A stretch of DNA of 64,000 nt from Candidatus Tidjanibacter faecipullorum (GCA_019116245.1 DXCC01000004.1:152950-216949), one strand, 5' to 3'; positions 35,241 through 45,789 are shown, counted from the first letter of the stretch. Notes: generated by a model not told the origin, from the sequence alone. A program made the numbers and translations.

Positions 35241-36266
35241 ATGAAGGTTCACCTTTTCCCGTCCGTTTCCGCCTTTCCGCTGCGCGGTCTGCTGCTCTGT
35301 TCCCTGCTGTTGCTCTGCGCAACCGGCACAAGCCACGCCCAGTTCACCATCCGCAAGCCGGCCGAAAACATGCGCCAGCGTCCCGAAATGCTGGAAAGCA
35401 CACCGCAGGGTTCGCTGAAAAACGTCTATTACGACCCGGCGGCCGAACGTGCCCGCAAACTCCGGATCCGCAAGGAGCGCAACACGGTCGAGTTCGATTT
35501 CTCGCTGGAAGGCTCCACCCAGCAGTTCATCAACTGGCAGAGCAGCGGCGACAACACGATCTACGGCCTGGCCAACCTCTTCTTCCGCCACCAGTACAAA
35601 CGCGACAAGCTCTCCTACGATACCCGTGTAGAGGCCACCTACGGCATGAACTACACGGACGGCATCCTGTTCAAGAACAAGGACGAGTTCAAGATCAGCT
35701 GGCAGCTCGGCTGGAACCTGAAGGGCAACTGGTCCTATTCGGCCTCGGTGAACATCCGCAGCCAGTTTACCATCGGCTACGAATCCAAGGACGACCCCAC
35801 GCTCGTGTCGGACTTCCTGGCACCGGGCTATTTCGACGTCGGCGGCGGTTTCACCTATGCCCCCTCCTCCTTCCCCATCAAGATCACCCTCTCGCCCGTC
35901 AGCGGCAACATCGTGACGGTGCTCAACGAGACCCTCTCGGCCCAGGGCAAATACGGCGTCCAGCCGGGCCAGAAGGTGGCCGGCTATCCGGGCTATTCGG
36001 CCGACATCTTCTTCGACAAGGCATTCGGCAAGAACGGCTGGTTCCGCTACCGGTCGAGCCTCTACACCTTCGTCCCCTACGTCGTTCCGAAGAACCTGAC
36101 GGTACGGTGGGAGAACACCATCGAGTTCCGCATCTCGAAATACTTTTCGACCAAGCTCTACGGCCAACTCTACTACCGGCCCGAGGATTTCCGTCCCAAT
36201 ACGCCCGAGCTGCAGTACCAGTACGCACTCATGATCGGACTGAAATATACGTTCCGCAACAAATAA
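35241..36266 (+). CDS. DUF3078-like outer-membrane beta-barrel protein
   Basis: Signal peptide, then FINWQSSGDNTIYGLANLFFRHQYKRDKLSYDTRVEATYGMN and an alternating beta-strand pattern ending in ...GLKYTFRNK. Confidence 0.6.
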   Translation: MKVHLFPSVSAFPLRGLLLCSLLLLCATGTSHAQFTIRKPAENMRQRPEMLESTPQGSLKNVYYDPAAERARKLRIRKERNTVEFDFSLEGSTQQFINWQSSGDNTIYGLANLFFRHQYKRDKLSYDTRVEATYGMNYTDGILFKNKDEFKISWQLGWNLKGNWSYSASVNIRSQFTIGYESKDDPTLVSDFLAPGYFDVGGGFTYAPSSFPIKITLSPVSGNIVTVLNETLSAQGKYGVQPGQKVAGYPGYSADIFFDKAFGKNGWFRYRSSLYTFVPYVVPKNLTVRWENTIEFRISKYFSTKLYGQLYYRPEDFRPNTPELQYQYALMIGLKYTFRNK

Positions 36267-36282
36267 CCGTTTCTATTCCGTT

Positions 36283-37908
36283 ATGGACAACCAATCGAAA
36301 CACGGCATATTCTCTTCACTGCTGATCGTGCTGGCCCTGCTGGTCGGCATCGTGGTCGGCCTCATCATCTCCTACAACAACACCCAGGCGCGTCTGCTCC
36401 ACCTGGCCGAACAGATGAATGCACCGGCCAGCAAGATCGACATGGCCCTCTCGCTCATCGACCGCTACTACGTCGACTCGGTGGCAACCGACTCGCTGGT
36501 CGAGCAGCTGCTGCCCGACCTGATGTGGTACCTCGACCCCCACTCGGTCTATATTCCCGCCTCGGAGCTGAATGCCCTGAACGAACCGCTCGACGGCGAA
36601 TTCGACGGCATCGGCGTCATGTTCAACATGGCGACCGACACGATCGTGGTGCTGAATGTCATTCCGCAGGGTCCCAGCCAGAAGGCCGGCATCCAGAACG
36701 GCGACCGAATCATCCGGATCAACGACTCGCTCGTGGCCGGCCGACAGCTTCCGATCGACTCGGTCATGAAGATGCTGCGCGGCAAACGCGGCACGAAGGT
36801 GCAGCTGGCCGTCCAGCGGCAACACGCCCCCGACCTGCTGCCGATCACCGTCACGCGGGGCAAGGTGCCGGTGCGCAGCGTGGATGCGGCCTGCATGCTG
36901 ACCCCCGACGTGGGCTTCCTGCGCATCACGAACTTCTCGCAGCACACCCACGACGAGATGATGACGGCCCTCAACGGGCTCCGCAAGCGCGGCATGACCA
37001 AACTGATCCTCGACCTGCGCGGCAACTCGGGCGGCTACTTCGGCCAGGCCATTCTCATGGCCAACGAATTCCTGCCCACCGACCGGCTGATCGTCTATAC
37101 GGAGGATCGCGACGGCAACCGCATGGAGGAGTACAGCGACGGCCGCGGCCACTACCAGGATGTGGCGCTGGCCGTGCTGATCGACGAGCAGAGCGCCTCC
37201 TCGAGCGAAATCTTTGCCGGCGCCCTGCAGGACAACGACCGGGCTACGATCGTCGGCCGCCGCTCGTTCGGCAAGGGACTGGTCCAGCAGCAGATTCCCT
37301 TCCCCGACGGTTCGGCCATCCGGCTGACCACGGCCCGCTACTACACCCCCACGGGGCGCTCCATCCAGAAACCCTACACGGGCGCCGACGAGGAGTACGA
37401 CTATGACCTCTACAACCGCTACCTGCACAACGAACTCTTCTCGGCCGACAGCATCCGCTTCAACGACAGTCTGCGCTACGTCACCCCCGGCGGCCGCGTC
37501 GTCTACGGCGGCGGAGGCATCATGCCCGACGAGTTCGTACCGCTGGACACGACGGCCATGTCAGACTACTACCTCGACGTGGCCGGACGCAACCTCATCT
37601 ACCGCTACACGATGGATTTCTCCGACCGTCACCGTGCAGTCATCAATGCCGTCCGCACCGTCGGCGACCTGAATGCGCTGCTGGCTCAGGAGGACATCCT
37701 GAACGACTTCGTCGCCTTTGCCGAGCGCAACGGCGTGGCGCCCGCGCCGGACGAAATCCGGCAATCCGAAACCCTGCTGCGGGCCCTGCTGCGCGGGCTG
37801 ATCGGCCGGAACACTCCGCTGGAAGAGGCCGGCTTCTACGTCAACTACTACGTGGCCGACCCGACCATCCTGCGGGCCCTCGACTGCTTCGGCGAACCGC
37901 GCTCCTAA
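36283..37908 (+). CDS. S41-family carboxy-terminal processing peptidase (PDZ domain)
   Basis: 541 aa with an N-terminal TM segment, a PDZ-like region, and the DLRGNSGGY and SASSSEIFAGALQD catalytic motifs. Confidence 0.85.
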   Translation: MDNQSKHGIFSSLLIVLALLVGIVVGLIISYNNTQARLLHLAEQMNAPASKIDMALSLIDRYYVDSVATDSLVEQLLPDLMWYLDPHSVYIPASELNALNEPLDGEFDGIGVMFNMATDTIVVLNVIPQGPSQKAGIQNGDRIIRINDSLVAGRQLPIDSVMKMLRGKRGTKVQLAVQRQHAPDLLPITVTRGKVPVRSVDAACMLTPDVGFLRITNFSQHTHDEMMTALNGLRKRGMTKLILDLRGNSGGYFGQAILMANEFLPTDRLIVYTEDRDGNRMEEYSDGRGHYQDVALAVLIDEQSASSSEIFAGALQDNDRATIVGRRSFGKGLVQQQIPFPDGSAIRLTTARYYTPTGRSIQKPYTGADEEYDYDLYNRYLHNELFSADSIRFNDSLRYVTPGGRVVYGGGGIMPDEFVPLDTTAMSDYYLDVAGRNLIYRYTMDFSDRHRAVINAVRTVGDLNALLAQEDILNDFVAFAERNGVAPAPDEIRQSETLLRALLRGLIGRNTPLEEAGFYVNYYVADPTILRALDCFGEPRS

Positions 37909-37968
37909 ACCGCCGGCCGCACGCACCGAAGGCCTGACCAACCCACCCGAACGAACCGTACAGAAATC

Positions 37969-39144
37969 ATGCATCCGCTCCGAACCCTATTCCGCACGCT
38001 GCTGCCGCTGGCAGGGGCCGCCCTGCTGGCGGGATGCCGTCCGAATCCCTCCGTACGCCTCTCCGGCGAGACCGTTTACGCACCGAAAGCCGCCACCGGC
38101 TACACGATCCTGGCTACCGACGGAGCCTCGACCGTCATCGAGGTCCGCAACCCGTGGCAGCAGGAGGGCGACGCCGCTACGCAGCTCTTCGTTGCGCGCA
38201 ACGGCGAATGTCCGCCCGAAGGTTTTGCCGGGCAGGTGGTCCAAGCTCCCATCCAAAGCGCCGTCTGCTTCTCGGCCACCCACGTCGCCTACCTCGACGC
38301 CCTGGGGTGCACGGAGATCATCCGGGGCGTATCGGGCGCCGAGTACCTCTCCAACGAGCCGGTGCGCGAAGCGTTTGCCGCCGGCCGGGTGCGCGACATC
38401 GGCTATGATGCCAATCTGAACTACGAACTGCTGGCCGCCCTGCAACCCGACGTGGTCTTCATCTACGGCGTGGGCGGCGAGGCGAACACGGCCGTCACCG
38501 ACAAGCTCAGCGAACTGCACATCCCCTACCTCTACGTGGGCGAATATGTCGAGGAGACCCCGCTGGGCAAGGCCGAGTGGGTGATTCCCTTCGGCGAGCT
38601 GACCGACCGCCGCGCGGAGAGCATCGTCCTCTTCGACGGCATCGCCGCGCGGTACGACACACTGCGCACCCGCGCCTCGCGACTGGCCGAGCGGCCGGTC
38701 GTAATGATCAACGCCCCCTTCCGCGACGTGTGGTTCGCCCCGGGCGACCGCAGCTACATGGTGCGCTACCTCGAGGATGCCGCCGGCGACTATGCCTTCA
38801 AGGGGACGGACGATGCGGGCAGCCGTCCGATCAGCGCCGAGGCGGCCTACCTGGCCGCCCAAACTGCCGACGTGTGGCTCAACCCCAACATGGCCTACAC
38901 GATGGCCGATCTGAAGGCACAGAACCCGAAATTCGCCGACATCCGGTGCGTACGGGAGGGACGCGTGTACAACTGCACCCGACGCAGAACGCCCGGCGGC
39001 GGCAGCGACTTCTGGGAATCGGGCGCCCTGCGGGCCGATCTCGTCCTGCACGACCTGATCCTCTGCCTCCACCCCGAAGCGGCCGATTCGATGCGGATCG
39101 AGGGGCTTGAGGCCGGCCTCTACTACTACGAACAACTGCAATAA
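37969..39144 (+). CDS. ABC transporter substrate-binding lipoprotein (Fe-siderophore/cobalamin, BtuF/FecB-type)
   Basis: Lipobox LLAGC and a periplasmic-binding-protein pattern. It lies upstream of a FecCD permease and an ATPase. Confidence 0.7.
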   Translation: MHPLRTLFRTLLPLAGAALLAGCRPNPSVRLSGETVYAPKAATGYTILATDGASTVIEVRNPWQQEGDAATQLFVARNGECPPEGFAGQVVQAPIQSAVCFSATHVAYLDALGCTEIIRGVSGAEYLSNEPVREAFAAGRVRDIGYDANLNYELLAALQPDVVFIYGVGGEANTAVTDKLSELHIPYLYVGEYVEETPLGKAEWVIPFGELTDRRAESIVLFDGIAARYDTLRTRASRLAERPVVMINAPFRDVWFAPGDRSYMVRYLEDAAGDYAFKGTDDAGSRPISAEAAYLAAQTADVWLNPNMAYTMADLKAQNPKFADIRCVREGRVYNCTRRRTPGGGSDFWESGALRADLVLHDLILCLHPEAADSMRIEGLEAGLYYYEQLQ

Positions 39145-39165
39145 CCCCTCACCCGAAGCCTGCCG

Positions 39166-40185
39166 TTGAAAACCCGCAACACCATACTGCTCACCGCCGC
39201 CTCCGTACTGACGGCGGCGCTGTTCCTGGCCGACCTCACGGTCGGTTCGGCCAACCTGTCGCTGCGGGAGATCTGGGCCGGACTCTCCGGCCGGACGGCG
39301 GACGACACGCTGCGCTACATCGTCCTCAACTTCCGCCTGCCGAAGGCGGTCACGGCCCTCTTTGCCGGCGCGGCCCTCTCGGCCGTCGGCCTGCAGATGC
39401 AGACCCTGTTCCGCAACCCGCTCGCCGGCCCCTACGTGCTGGGCGTCAGTTCGGGCGCCAGCCTCGGCGTGGCCCTCTTCACGCTGGGCATGCCCCTGCT
39501 GGGCCTTTCCCCCTCGTCGGTGTGGTGGGGCAGCCTCGGCATCGTCGGATCGGCCTGGATCGGAGCCGCCCTCATTCTGCTGGTCATCATGGCCATCACG
39601 GCCCGGCTGAAGGACATCATGGCCGTGCTGATCATCGGCATGATGTTCGGCAGCGCCGCCACGGCCGTCGTCGAAATCCTCCAATACATGAGCCCCGAGG
39701 GGGCCGTCAAGTCCTATGTCGTCTGGACCATGGGCAGCCTCGGCGGCGTGATGCTCTCGGAGCTGTGGCTGCTGGTACCGATCCTCTCTGTCGGACTCAT
39801 CATCTCCATCGGTCTCATCAAGCCTCTCAACATGCTCCTGCTGGGCGAAAACTACGCCCGCACGATGGGTCTCAACGTCCGCGCCACACGGCTGTGGATC
39901 TTCCTGGCCACCATCCTGCTGGCCGGTACGACAACCGCCTACTGCGGCCCGATCAGCTTCCTCGGCCTGGCCGTGCCCCACATCGTGCGCATGCTCTTCC
40001 GCGAGGCCGACCACCGCACGCTGATGCCCGCCTCGATGATCTGCGGCGGCGGCATCATGCTGCTGTGCGACATGGCCACCCAACTGCCGCCCAACGACCT
40101 GACCCTGCCGGTCAACACGGTGATGGCACTGATCGGCATCCCGGTCGTGATCGTCGTCCTGCTGCGCACCCGCAAAACCGCCTGA
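39166..40185 (+). CDS. FecCD-family iron/cobalamin ABC transporter permease
   Basis: 339 aa, multi-TM. GAALSAVGLQMQTLFRNPLAGPYVLGVSSGASLG is typical of FecCD. TTG start, with no nearby in-frame ATG. Confidence 0.85.
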   Translation: MKTRNTILLTAASVLTAALFLADLTVGSANLSLREIWAGLSGRTADDTLRYIVLNFRLPKAVTALFAGAALSAVGLQMQTLFRNPLAGPYVLGVSSGASLGVALFTLGMPLLGLSPSSVWWGSLGIVGSAWIGAALILLVIMAITARLKDIMAVLIIGMMFGSAATAVVEILQYMSPEGAVKSYVVWTMGSLGGVMLSELWLLVPILSVGLIISIGLIKPLNMLLLGENYARTMGLNVRATRLWIFLATILLAGTTTAYCGPISFLGLAVPHIVRMLFREADHRTLMPASMICGGGIMLLCDMATQLPPNDLTLPVNTVMALIGIPVVIVVLLRTRKTA

Positions 40186-40189
40186 CACC

Positions 40190-40978
40190 ATGCCCCACGA
40201 ACGCATCAATACCATCCAACTCCACGACGTCACGCTCGGCTACGGACGGCGCATCCTCTTCGCTCACGCCGACATCGGCTTCGGCTGGGGCGAGTTCACC
40301 GCACTGATCGGCCGCAACGGCACGGGCAAAAGCACCCTGCTGCGCACCATCGCCGGACTGGCCCACCCGCTGGAAGGCTATATCACCGTCAACGACCGGC
40401 GCATCGACCAGCTGCCCCGCCGCGAAGTGGCTTCGCTGATCGCCTTCGTCTCGACCGACGAGGTGCGCATCGAAAATCTGAAGGTGAGCGACGTGGTGGC
40501 GCTCGGCCGCGCCCCCTACACCAACTGGGTGGGCACCCTCACCGAGGCGGATCGCGCCCGGGTCGATCACGCCCTGCGGCTGGTGGGCATGGAACAGTTT
40601 GCCCGCAAGGGACTCGACACGCTCAGCGACGGCGAACGCCAGCGGGTGATGATTGCCCGCGCCCTGGCGCAGGACACCCCCATCATCCTGCTCGACGAAC
40701 CAACCGCCTTTCTCGACCTGCCCAACAAGTACGAAATCGGTCTGCTGCTGCGCGAACTGGCCCACAAGGAGGGCAAGAGCATCCTCTTCTCCACCCACGA
40801 CCTGAACGTGGCGCTGGAGCTGTGCGACACGATTGCCATGATCGACGAAGGGCACTTTCTCTACGGCACGACCGAGATGCTGATCGACAGCGGCGACCTG
40901 GAGCGGCTCTTCCGCGACTCGGCCCTGGCCTTCGACCCCGCCACCCGGACCGTGCGTCTGCGCGGCGAGGAGGCATGA
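40190..40978 (+). CDS. ABC transporter ATP-binding protein
   Basis: Walker A GRNGTGKSTLLRT, signature LSDGERQRVMIARALAQ, Walker B IILLDEP. Confidence 0.9.
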   Translation: MPHERINTIQLHDVTLGYGRRILFAHADIGFGWGEFTALIGRNGTGKSTLLRTIAGLAHPLEGYITVNDRRIDQLPRREVASLIAFVSTDEVRIENLKVSDVVALGRAPYTNWVGTLTEADRARVDHALRLVGMEQFARKGLDTLSDGERQRVMIARALAQDTPIILLDEPTAFLDLPNKYEIGLLLRELAHKEGKSILFSTHDLNVALELCDTIAMIDEGHFLYGTTEMLIDSGDLERLFRDSALAFDPATRTVRLRGEEA

Positions 40979-41010
40979 TCCCCTGTCTGTGCAATTTGCC
41001 GAGAAATCAT

Positions 41011-41018
41011 TACCTTTG
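41011..41018 (+). promoter_or_regulatory. Bacteroidota-type -7 promoter box (TAnnTTTG)
   Basis: Exact TACCTTTG, 34 nt upstream of the ffh ATG. Confidence 0.6.
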
Positions 41019-41052
41019 CACGGCATAACGCCACAAACACAACCATACGGAC

Positions 41053-42372
41053 ATGTTCGAGAACTTAACCGACAGACTGGAGAGGTCTTTCAAGATACTC
41101 AAGGGCGAAGGCCGCATCACGGAGATCAACGTCGCCGAAACCCTCAAGGAGATCCGCCGCGCGCTGATCGACGCCGACGTCAACTACAAGGTAGCCAAGT
41201 CATTCACCGACGAGGTGAAGCAGAAGGCGCTCGGCGCCAACGTGCTGACGGCCGTCAAGCCGGGCCAGATGATGACCAAGATCGTCCGGGACGAACTGGC
41301 GCTGCTCATGGGCGGCACGGCGACGGACATCAATCTCGACGGCCGTCCGGCCGTGATCCTCATCGCCGGTCTGCAGGGTTCGGGTAAGACGACCTTCTCG
41401 GGCAAGCTGGCCAACCTGCTCAAGAGCAAGCGCGGCCGCGGCGTGCTGCTCGTGGCCGGCGACGTCTATCGTCCCGCCGCCATCGAACAGCTGAAGGTGC
41501 TCGGCAGCCAGATCGGCGTCGAGGTCTACACCGAGGAGGGAAACAAGAATCCGGTGGAGATCGCCGAGAACGCCATCAAATACGCCCGCAGCAAGAACCT
41601 CAACACGGTGATCGTCGATACAGCAGGCCGCCTGGCGGTGGACGAAGCGATGATGGAGGAGATCGCCGCCATCAAGCAGGCGGTCAAACCGACCGAAACG
41701 CTCTTCGTGGTGGATGCCATGACCGGTCAGGATGCCGTGAACACGGCCCGCGAGTTCAACGACCGCCTCGACTACGACGGCGTTGTCCTCACCAAGCTCG
41801 ACGGTGACACGCGCGGCGGTGCGGCCATCTCGATCCGTTCGGTAGTCAACAAGCCGCTGAAGTTCATCTCCTCGGGCGAGAAGATGGATGCCCTGCAGGT
41901 ATTCCACCCCGAGCGCATGGCCGACCGTATCCTCGGCATGGGCGACGTGGTTTCGCTCGTCGAGCGCGCCCAGGAGCAGTACAACGAGGAGGATGCCCGC
42001 CGTCTGAAGAAGAAGATCGTCAAGGACCAGTTCAACTTCAACGACTTCCTCGAGCAGATCGACCAGATCAAGAAGATGGGCAACATGAAGGATCTGATGG
42101 GCATGATTCCCGGACTGGGCAAGGCCGTCAAGGACATCGACATCTCGGACGACATGTTCAAGCAGACCGAAGCGATCATCCACTCGATGACTCCCGCCGA
42201 GCGCGAACACCCGGAGATCATCAACCCCAGCCGCAAGGACCGCATCGCCAAAGGCAGCGGCACGACGCTGGCCGACGTGAACAAACTGCTCAAACAGTTC
42301 GACCAGACGCGCAAGATGATGAAGACCGTCGCCACGATGAAACCCATGATGGGCCGCGGCCGTCGCCGGTAA
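41053..42372 (+). CDS. ffh: Signal recognition particle protein Ffh
   Basis: MFENLTDRLERSFKILKG..., GLQGSGKTTF, DTAGR, and a methionine-rich M domain. Confidence 0.97.
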   Translation: MFENLTDRLERSFKILKGEGRITEINVAETLKEIRRALIDADVNYKVAKSFTDEVKQKALGANVLTAVKPGQMMTKIVRDELALLMGGTATDINLDGRPAVILIAGLQGSGKTTFSGKLANLLKSKRGRGVLLVAGDVYRPAAIEQLKVLGSQIGVEVYTEEGNKNPVEIAENAIKYARSKNLNTVIVDTAGRLAVDEAMMEEIAAIKQAVKPTETLFVVDAMTGQDAVNTAREFNDRLDYDGVVLTKLDGDTRGGAAISIRSVVNKPLKFISSGEKMDALQVFHPERMADRILGMGDVVSLVERAQEQYNEEDARRLKKKIVKDQFNFNDFLEQIDQIKKMGNMKDLMGMIPGLGKAVKDIDISDDMFKQTEAIIHSMTPAEREHPEIINPSRKDRIAKGSGTTLADVNKLLKQFDQTRKMMKTVATMKPMMGRGRRR

Positions 42373-42403
42373 TTCCCCGCACACGACACCAAACAACATA
42401 ACG

Positions 42404-42442
42404 GAGCCAGACGACCGACGGTCGTCTGGCTCTCATTGTTTT
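42404..42442 (+). terminator. Rho-independent terminator downstream of ffh
   Basis: 13-bp stem GAGCCAGACGACC-GAC-GGTCGTCTGGCTC followed by TCATTGTTTT. Confidence 0.75.
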
Positions 42443-42485
42443 AACGCCACACGCCATGCACTCCTCCGCCGGCTGTCGGTCGCTC

Positions 42486-42524
42486 CGATAAGAAAGCGAG
42501 CTATCGTCTCTGACAATAGCTCGC
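42486..42524 (-). terminator. Rho-independent terminator downstream of dusB
   Basis: On the minus strand, a 9-bp stem GCGAGCTAT/ATAGCTCGC followed by TTTCTTATCG. Confidence 0.55.
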
Positions 42525-42553
42525 CTCGATCTTTCCGACAGCCGCTGCGGGGG

Positions 42554-43576
42554 TCAGATTTCGTGCGAGAGGGGCGGCGGCACCGTGCCCGAAAGGTCGC
42601 AGTCGCCCCACCCGGCCGCCACTTCGTCGAGCGCGGCGTTGATCTCGGCCACGTCCGTCAGCGTCACCAGCCGCAGGCGCATCGGCTTGAAGTTGGGCAG
42701 CCCCTTGAAATAGTTGGAGAGGTGGCGGCGCATCTCCAGCACCCCCACGCGGTCGCCCTTCACCTCCACCGACTTGGCCAGGTGACGCTTGGCAATCTCC
42801 ACCCGCTCCAGCACGGTCGGCTGGGGCAGCAGCTCGCCCGTATCGAGATAATGGCGCACCTCGCGGAAGATCCACGGACGGCCATACGTGGCGCGGCCGA
42901 TCATCACGCCGTCCACCCCGTAGTCGCGAAAGGCCCGCTCGGCCTTCTGCGGCGAATCGATGTCGCCGTTGCCGATGATCGGGATGTGGATCAGCGGATT
43001 GTTCTTCACCCGCCCGATCAGCGTCCAGTCGGCCTCGCCGGTGTACATCTGCGCCCGCGTGCGGCCGTGAATGGTCAGCGCGGCGATGCCCACATCCTGC
43101 AGGCGCAGGGCGATCTCCTCGATGTTCTTGTGCTCGTCGTCCCACCCCAGGCGGGTCTTAACCGTCACGGGAGTCTTCACGGCCTCGACAATGCGGCGCG
43201 TCATTTCCACCATGAGGGGCACGTCGCGCATCATGCCGCTGCCGGCACCCCGTCCGGCAATCTTGCGCACGGGACAGCCGAAGTTGATGTCGATCACGTC
43301 GGGACGGGCCGCTTCGGCAATGCGTGCCGACTCGACCATCGGTTCGATCAGGTGGCCGTAGAGCTGGATGCCCACCGGCCGTTCGTCGTCGGAGATGTTG
43401 AGCTTGGCCACCGACTTGGCCCCGTCGCGGATCAGCCCGTCGGAGGAGATGAACTCCGTGTAGACCATGTCGGCGCCGAACCCCTTGCACATGTAACGGA
43501 ACGAGGGATCGGTCACATCCTCCATCGGAGCGAGAAACAACGGCTTGTCGCCGAGGTCGATATTGGCAATTTTCAT
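42554..43576 (-). CDS. dusB: tRNA-dihydrouridine synthase
   Basis: LAPMEDVTDPSFRYMC...NFGCP...HGRT motifs; 340 aa. Confidence 0.9.
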   Translation of the reverse strand: MKIANIDLGDKPLFLAPMEDVTDPSFRYMCKGFGADMVYTEFISSDGLIRDGAKSVAKLNISDDERPVGIQLYGHLIEPMVESARIAEAARPDVIDINFGCPVRKIAGRGAGSGMMRDVPLMVEMTRRIVEAVKTPVTVKTRLGWDDEHKNIEEIALRLQDVGIAALTIHGRTRAQMYTGEADWTLIGRVKNNPLIHIPIIGNGDIDSPQKAERAFRDYGVDGVMIGRATYGRPWIFREVRHYLDTGELLPQPTVLERVEIAKRHLAKSVEVKGDRVGVLEMRRHLSNYFKGLPNFKPMRLRLVTLTDVAEINAALDEVAAGWGDCDLSGTVPPPLSHEI

Positions 43577-43602
43577 GGTTGTCGCACTACGATTCTACGG
43601 CG

Positions 43603-43610
43603 CAAAGATA
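43603..43610 (-). promoter_or_regulatory. Bacteroidota-type -7 promoter box (TAnnTTTG)
   Basis: Exact TATCTTTG on the minus strand, 26 nt upstream of the dusB ATG. Confidence 0.6.
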
Positions 43611-43640
43611 GCCCATCGGAGCCGAAAACGGAAAAATCGC

Positions 43641-43648
43641 TATATTTG
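43641..43648 (+). promoter_or_regulatory. Bacteroidota-type -7 promoter box (TAnnTTTG)
   Basis: Exact TATATTTG, 43 nt upstream of the argS ATG at 43692. Confidence 0.6.
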
Positions 43649-43691
43649 TAATTTGAACGAAAATTGCATCGAACGAAAAAGATTCAAGGCC

Positions 43692-45476
43692 ATGAATATC
43701 GAAACCTACCTCACCCAACATATCCAAGCCGTGGTCGGCCGCCTCTATCCGCAGGCCGCAGGCGTTCCGCTCCAGATTCAGCGCACCCGCCGCGAATTCG
43801 AGGGGGACTACACGCTGGTGGTCTTCCCGCTGCTGAAGGCCAGCCGCAAGTCGCCCGAAGCCACCGCCACCGAAATCGGTGACGCGCTGGTGGCCGACAG
43901 CGAAATCGCCTCCTACAACGTGGTGAAGGGGTTTCTGAACCTCTCCCTGCGCCGTGACTTCTGGAACGAGAAGCTGGCCGAAATCGCCGCCGACGAGCGC
44001 TACGGCTTCGGCGAGCCGACGGGCCGCACGATCATGGTGGAGTTTTCGTCGCCCAACACGAACAAGCCGCTTCACCTGGGGCACATCCGCAACAACCTGC
44101 TGGGCTATTCGGTGTCGGAGATTCTGAAGGCCAACGGCAACACGGTCATCAAGGCCAACCTGGTCAATGACCGCGGCATCCACATCTGCAAGAGCATGCT
44201 CGCCTGGCTGAAATACGGCAACGGCGAGACGCCCGCCAGCAGCGGCATGAAGGGCGACCACCTCGTGGGCAAATACTACGTGGAGTTCGACAAACACTAC
44301 AAGGCCGAGGTCAAACAGCTCGTCGAGGAGCAGCACATGAGCGAGGAGGAAGCCAAACACAAGGCTCCCATCATGCAGGAGGCCCAGGAGATGCTGCGCC
44401 GCTGGGAGGCGCGCGACCCGGAGGTCTACGGCCTGTGGCAAAAGATGAATGGCTGGGTCTATGAGGGCTTCGACGCCACCTACGCCGCGCTGGGCATCTC
44501 GTTCGACAAGGTCTACTACGAGTCGCAGACCTACCTGCTGGGCAAGGAGCTCGTCGAGGAGGGGCTGAAGAAAGGCGTTTTCTACCGCCGGCCCGACAAT
44601 TCGGTATGGATCGACCTGCGGAACGACGGACTGGACGAGAAACTGCTGCTGCGCGGCGACGGCACGTCGGTCTACATGACGCAGGACCTTGGCACGGCCT
44701 TCCGCCGCTTTGAGGACAACAAGCTCGACGCCATGATCTACGTAGTGGGCAACGAGCAGAACTACCACTTCCAGGTACTGAAACTGGTGCTCAAGAAACT
44801 GGGCTACGCCGACTGGAGCGACCACATCTTCCACCTCTCCTACGGTATGGTGGAGCTGCCCGAGGGCAAGATGAAGTCGCGCGAGGGCACGGTGGTCGAT
44901 GCCGACGACCTGATCGAGGACATGGTGACCACCGCCCGCGACATGTCGCGCGAACTGGGCAAATTGGACGGCGTACCGGCCGAGGAGGCCGATGCCGTGA
45001 GCCGCATGGTGGGTCTGGGCGCCTTGAAATATTTCATCCTGAAGGTCGATCCGAAGAAGACCATGCTGTTCGACCCGCGCGAGTCGATCGACTTCAACGG
45101 CAACACGGGTCCCTTCATCCAGTACACCCACGCCCGCATCTGCTCCGTGCTGCGCAAGGCCGACGAGGCGGGCATCGACCATGCAACGGTCGATCCGAAC
45201 GTGGAACTGCTCCCGGAGGAGATCGAGCTCATCAAGTCGCTCAACGAATTCCCCGCCATCATCCGGCAGGCGGGCGACACCTACTCGCCTTCGGTGATTG
45301 CCAACTACGTCTATGACCTGGCCAAAACCTACAACGGCTACTACCACGACCACTCCATCCTGCGCGAGGAGAATGCCGCCGTGCGGAGCCTGCGCCTGCG
45401 TCTGAGCCGCGAGGTGGCCCGCATCATCCGCCGCGGCATGCAGCTGCTGGGCATCGACGTGCCGGAGCGGATGTAA
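43692..45476 (+). CDS. argS: Arginine--tRNA ligase
   Basis: Trimmed from track ORF 43545 to ATG 43692 (MNIETYLTQHIQ). HIGH-type motif SSPNTNKPLHLGHIRNN and an MKSREG region; 594 aa. Confidence 0.95.
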   Translation: MNIETYLTQHIQAVVGRLYPQAAGVPLQIQRTRREFEGDYTLVVFPLLKASRKSPEATATEIGDALVADSEIASYNVVKGFLNLSLRRDFWNEKLAEIAADERYGFGEPTGRTIMVEFSSPNTNKPLHLGHIRNNLLGYSVSEILKANGNTVIKANLVNDRGIHICKSMLAWLKYGNGETPASSGMKGDHLVGKYYVEFDKHYKAEVKQLVEEQHMSEEEAKHKAPIMQEAQEMLRRWEARDPEVYGLWQKMNGWVYEGFDATYAALGISFDKVYYESQTYLLGKELVEEGLKKGVFYRRPDNSVWIDLRNDGLDEKLLLRGDGTSVYMTQDLGTAFRRFEDNKLDAMIYVVGNEQNYHFQVLKLVLKKLGYADWSDHIFHLSYGMVELPEGKMKSREGTVVDADDLIEDMVTTARDMSRELGKLDGVPAEEADAVSRMVGLGALKYFILKVDPKKTMLFDPRESIDFNGNTGPFIQYTHARICSVLRKADEAGIDHATVDPNVELLPEEIELIKSLNEFPAIIRQAGDTYSPSVIANYVYDLAKTYNGYYHDHSILREENAAVRSLRLRLSREVARIIRRGMQLLGIDVPERM

Positions 45477-45515
45477 CAGCCATCCCGGCAGGCCAACCTG
45501 CCCCACCCCTTCGCA

Positions 45516-45555
45516 AGGAGGAGCCGCCCGAGCGACTCCTCCCTGCGCTTTTTAT
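45516..45555 (+). terminator. Weak terminator-like hairpin downstream of argS
   Basis: 7-bp stem GGAGGAG/CTCCTCC with a 12-nt loop, then CTGCGC and TTTTTATT. Confidence 0.4.
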
Positions 45556-45660
45556 TCCCTACCCGTTCCGAACCGCCGGACGGCACCTCCGGCTACCGCT
45601 CCAGATCCAGGAAACACCCGAGAGTCGGACACAACCTGTTGCAATAAAATTTTTTCCTTC

Positions 45661-45668
45661 TATATTTG
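45661..45668 (+). promoter_or_regulatory. Bacteroidota-type -7 promoter box (TAnnTTTG)
   Basis: Exact TATATTTG, 121 nt upstream of ATG 45790 (a long leader). Confidence 0.4.
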
Positions 45669-45789
45669 CCGCAGGATCACTTTTCCGCCCCACCGGAGAC
45701 ATACTCCGCGCGACTTCCATCTACCCTCTGCCGCCGCACCCCTTTTCCGCGGCGACCGGCGCATCGCCTCACTAACGACACGCTGTATC

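Noticed and set aside
37909-37968. Whether a cobalamin or other riboswitch lies in front of the BtuF/FecCD/ATPase importer.
   Set aside because: The gap after the S41 peptidase gene is only 60 nt, too short for a cobalamin riboswitch, and shows no conserved B12-box-like sequence. The importer is probably co-transcribed with the upstream genes.
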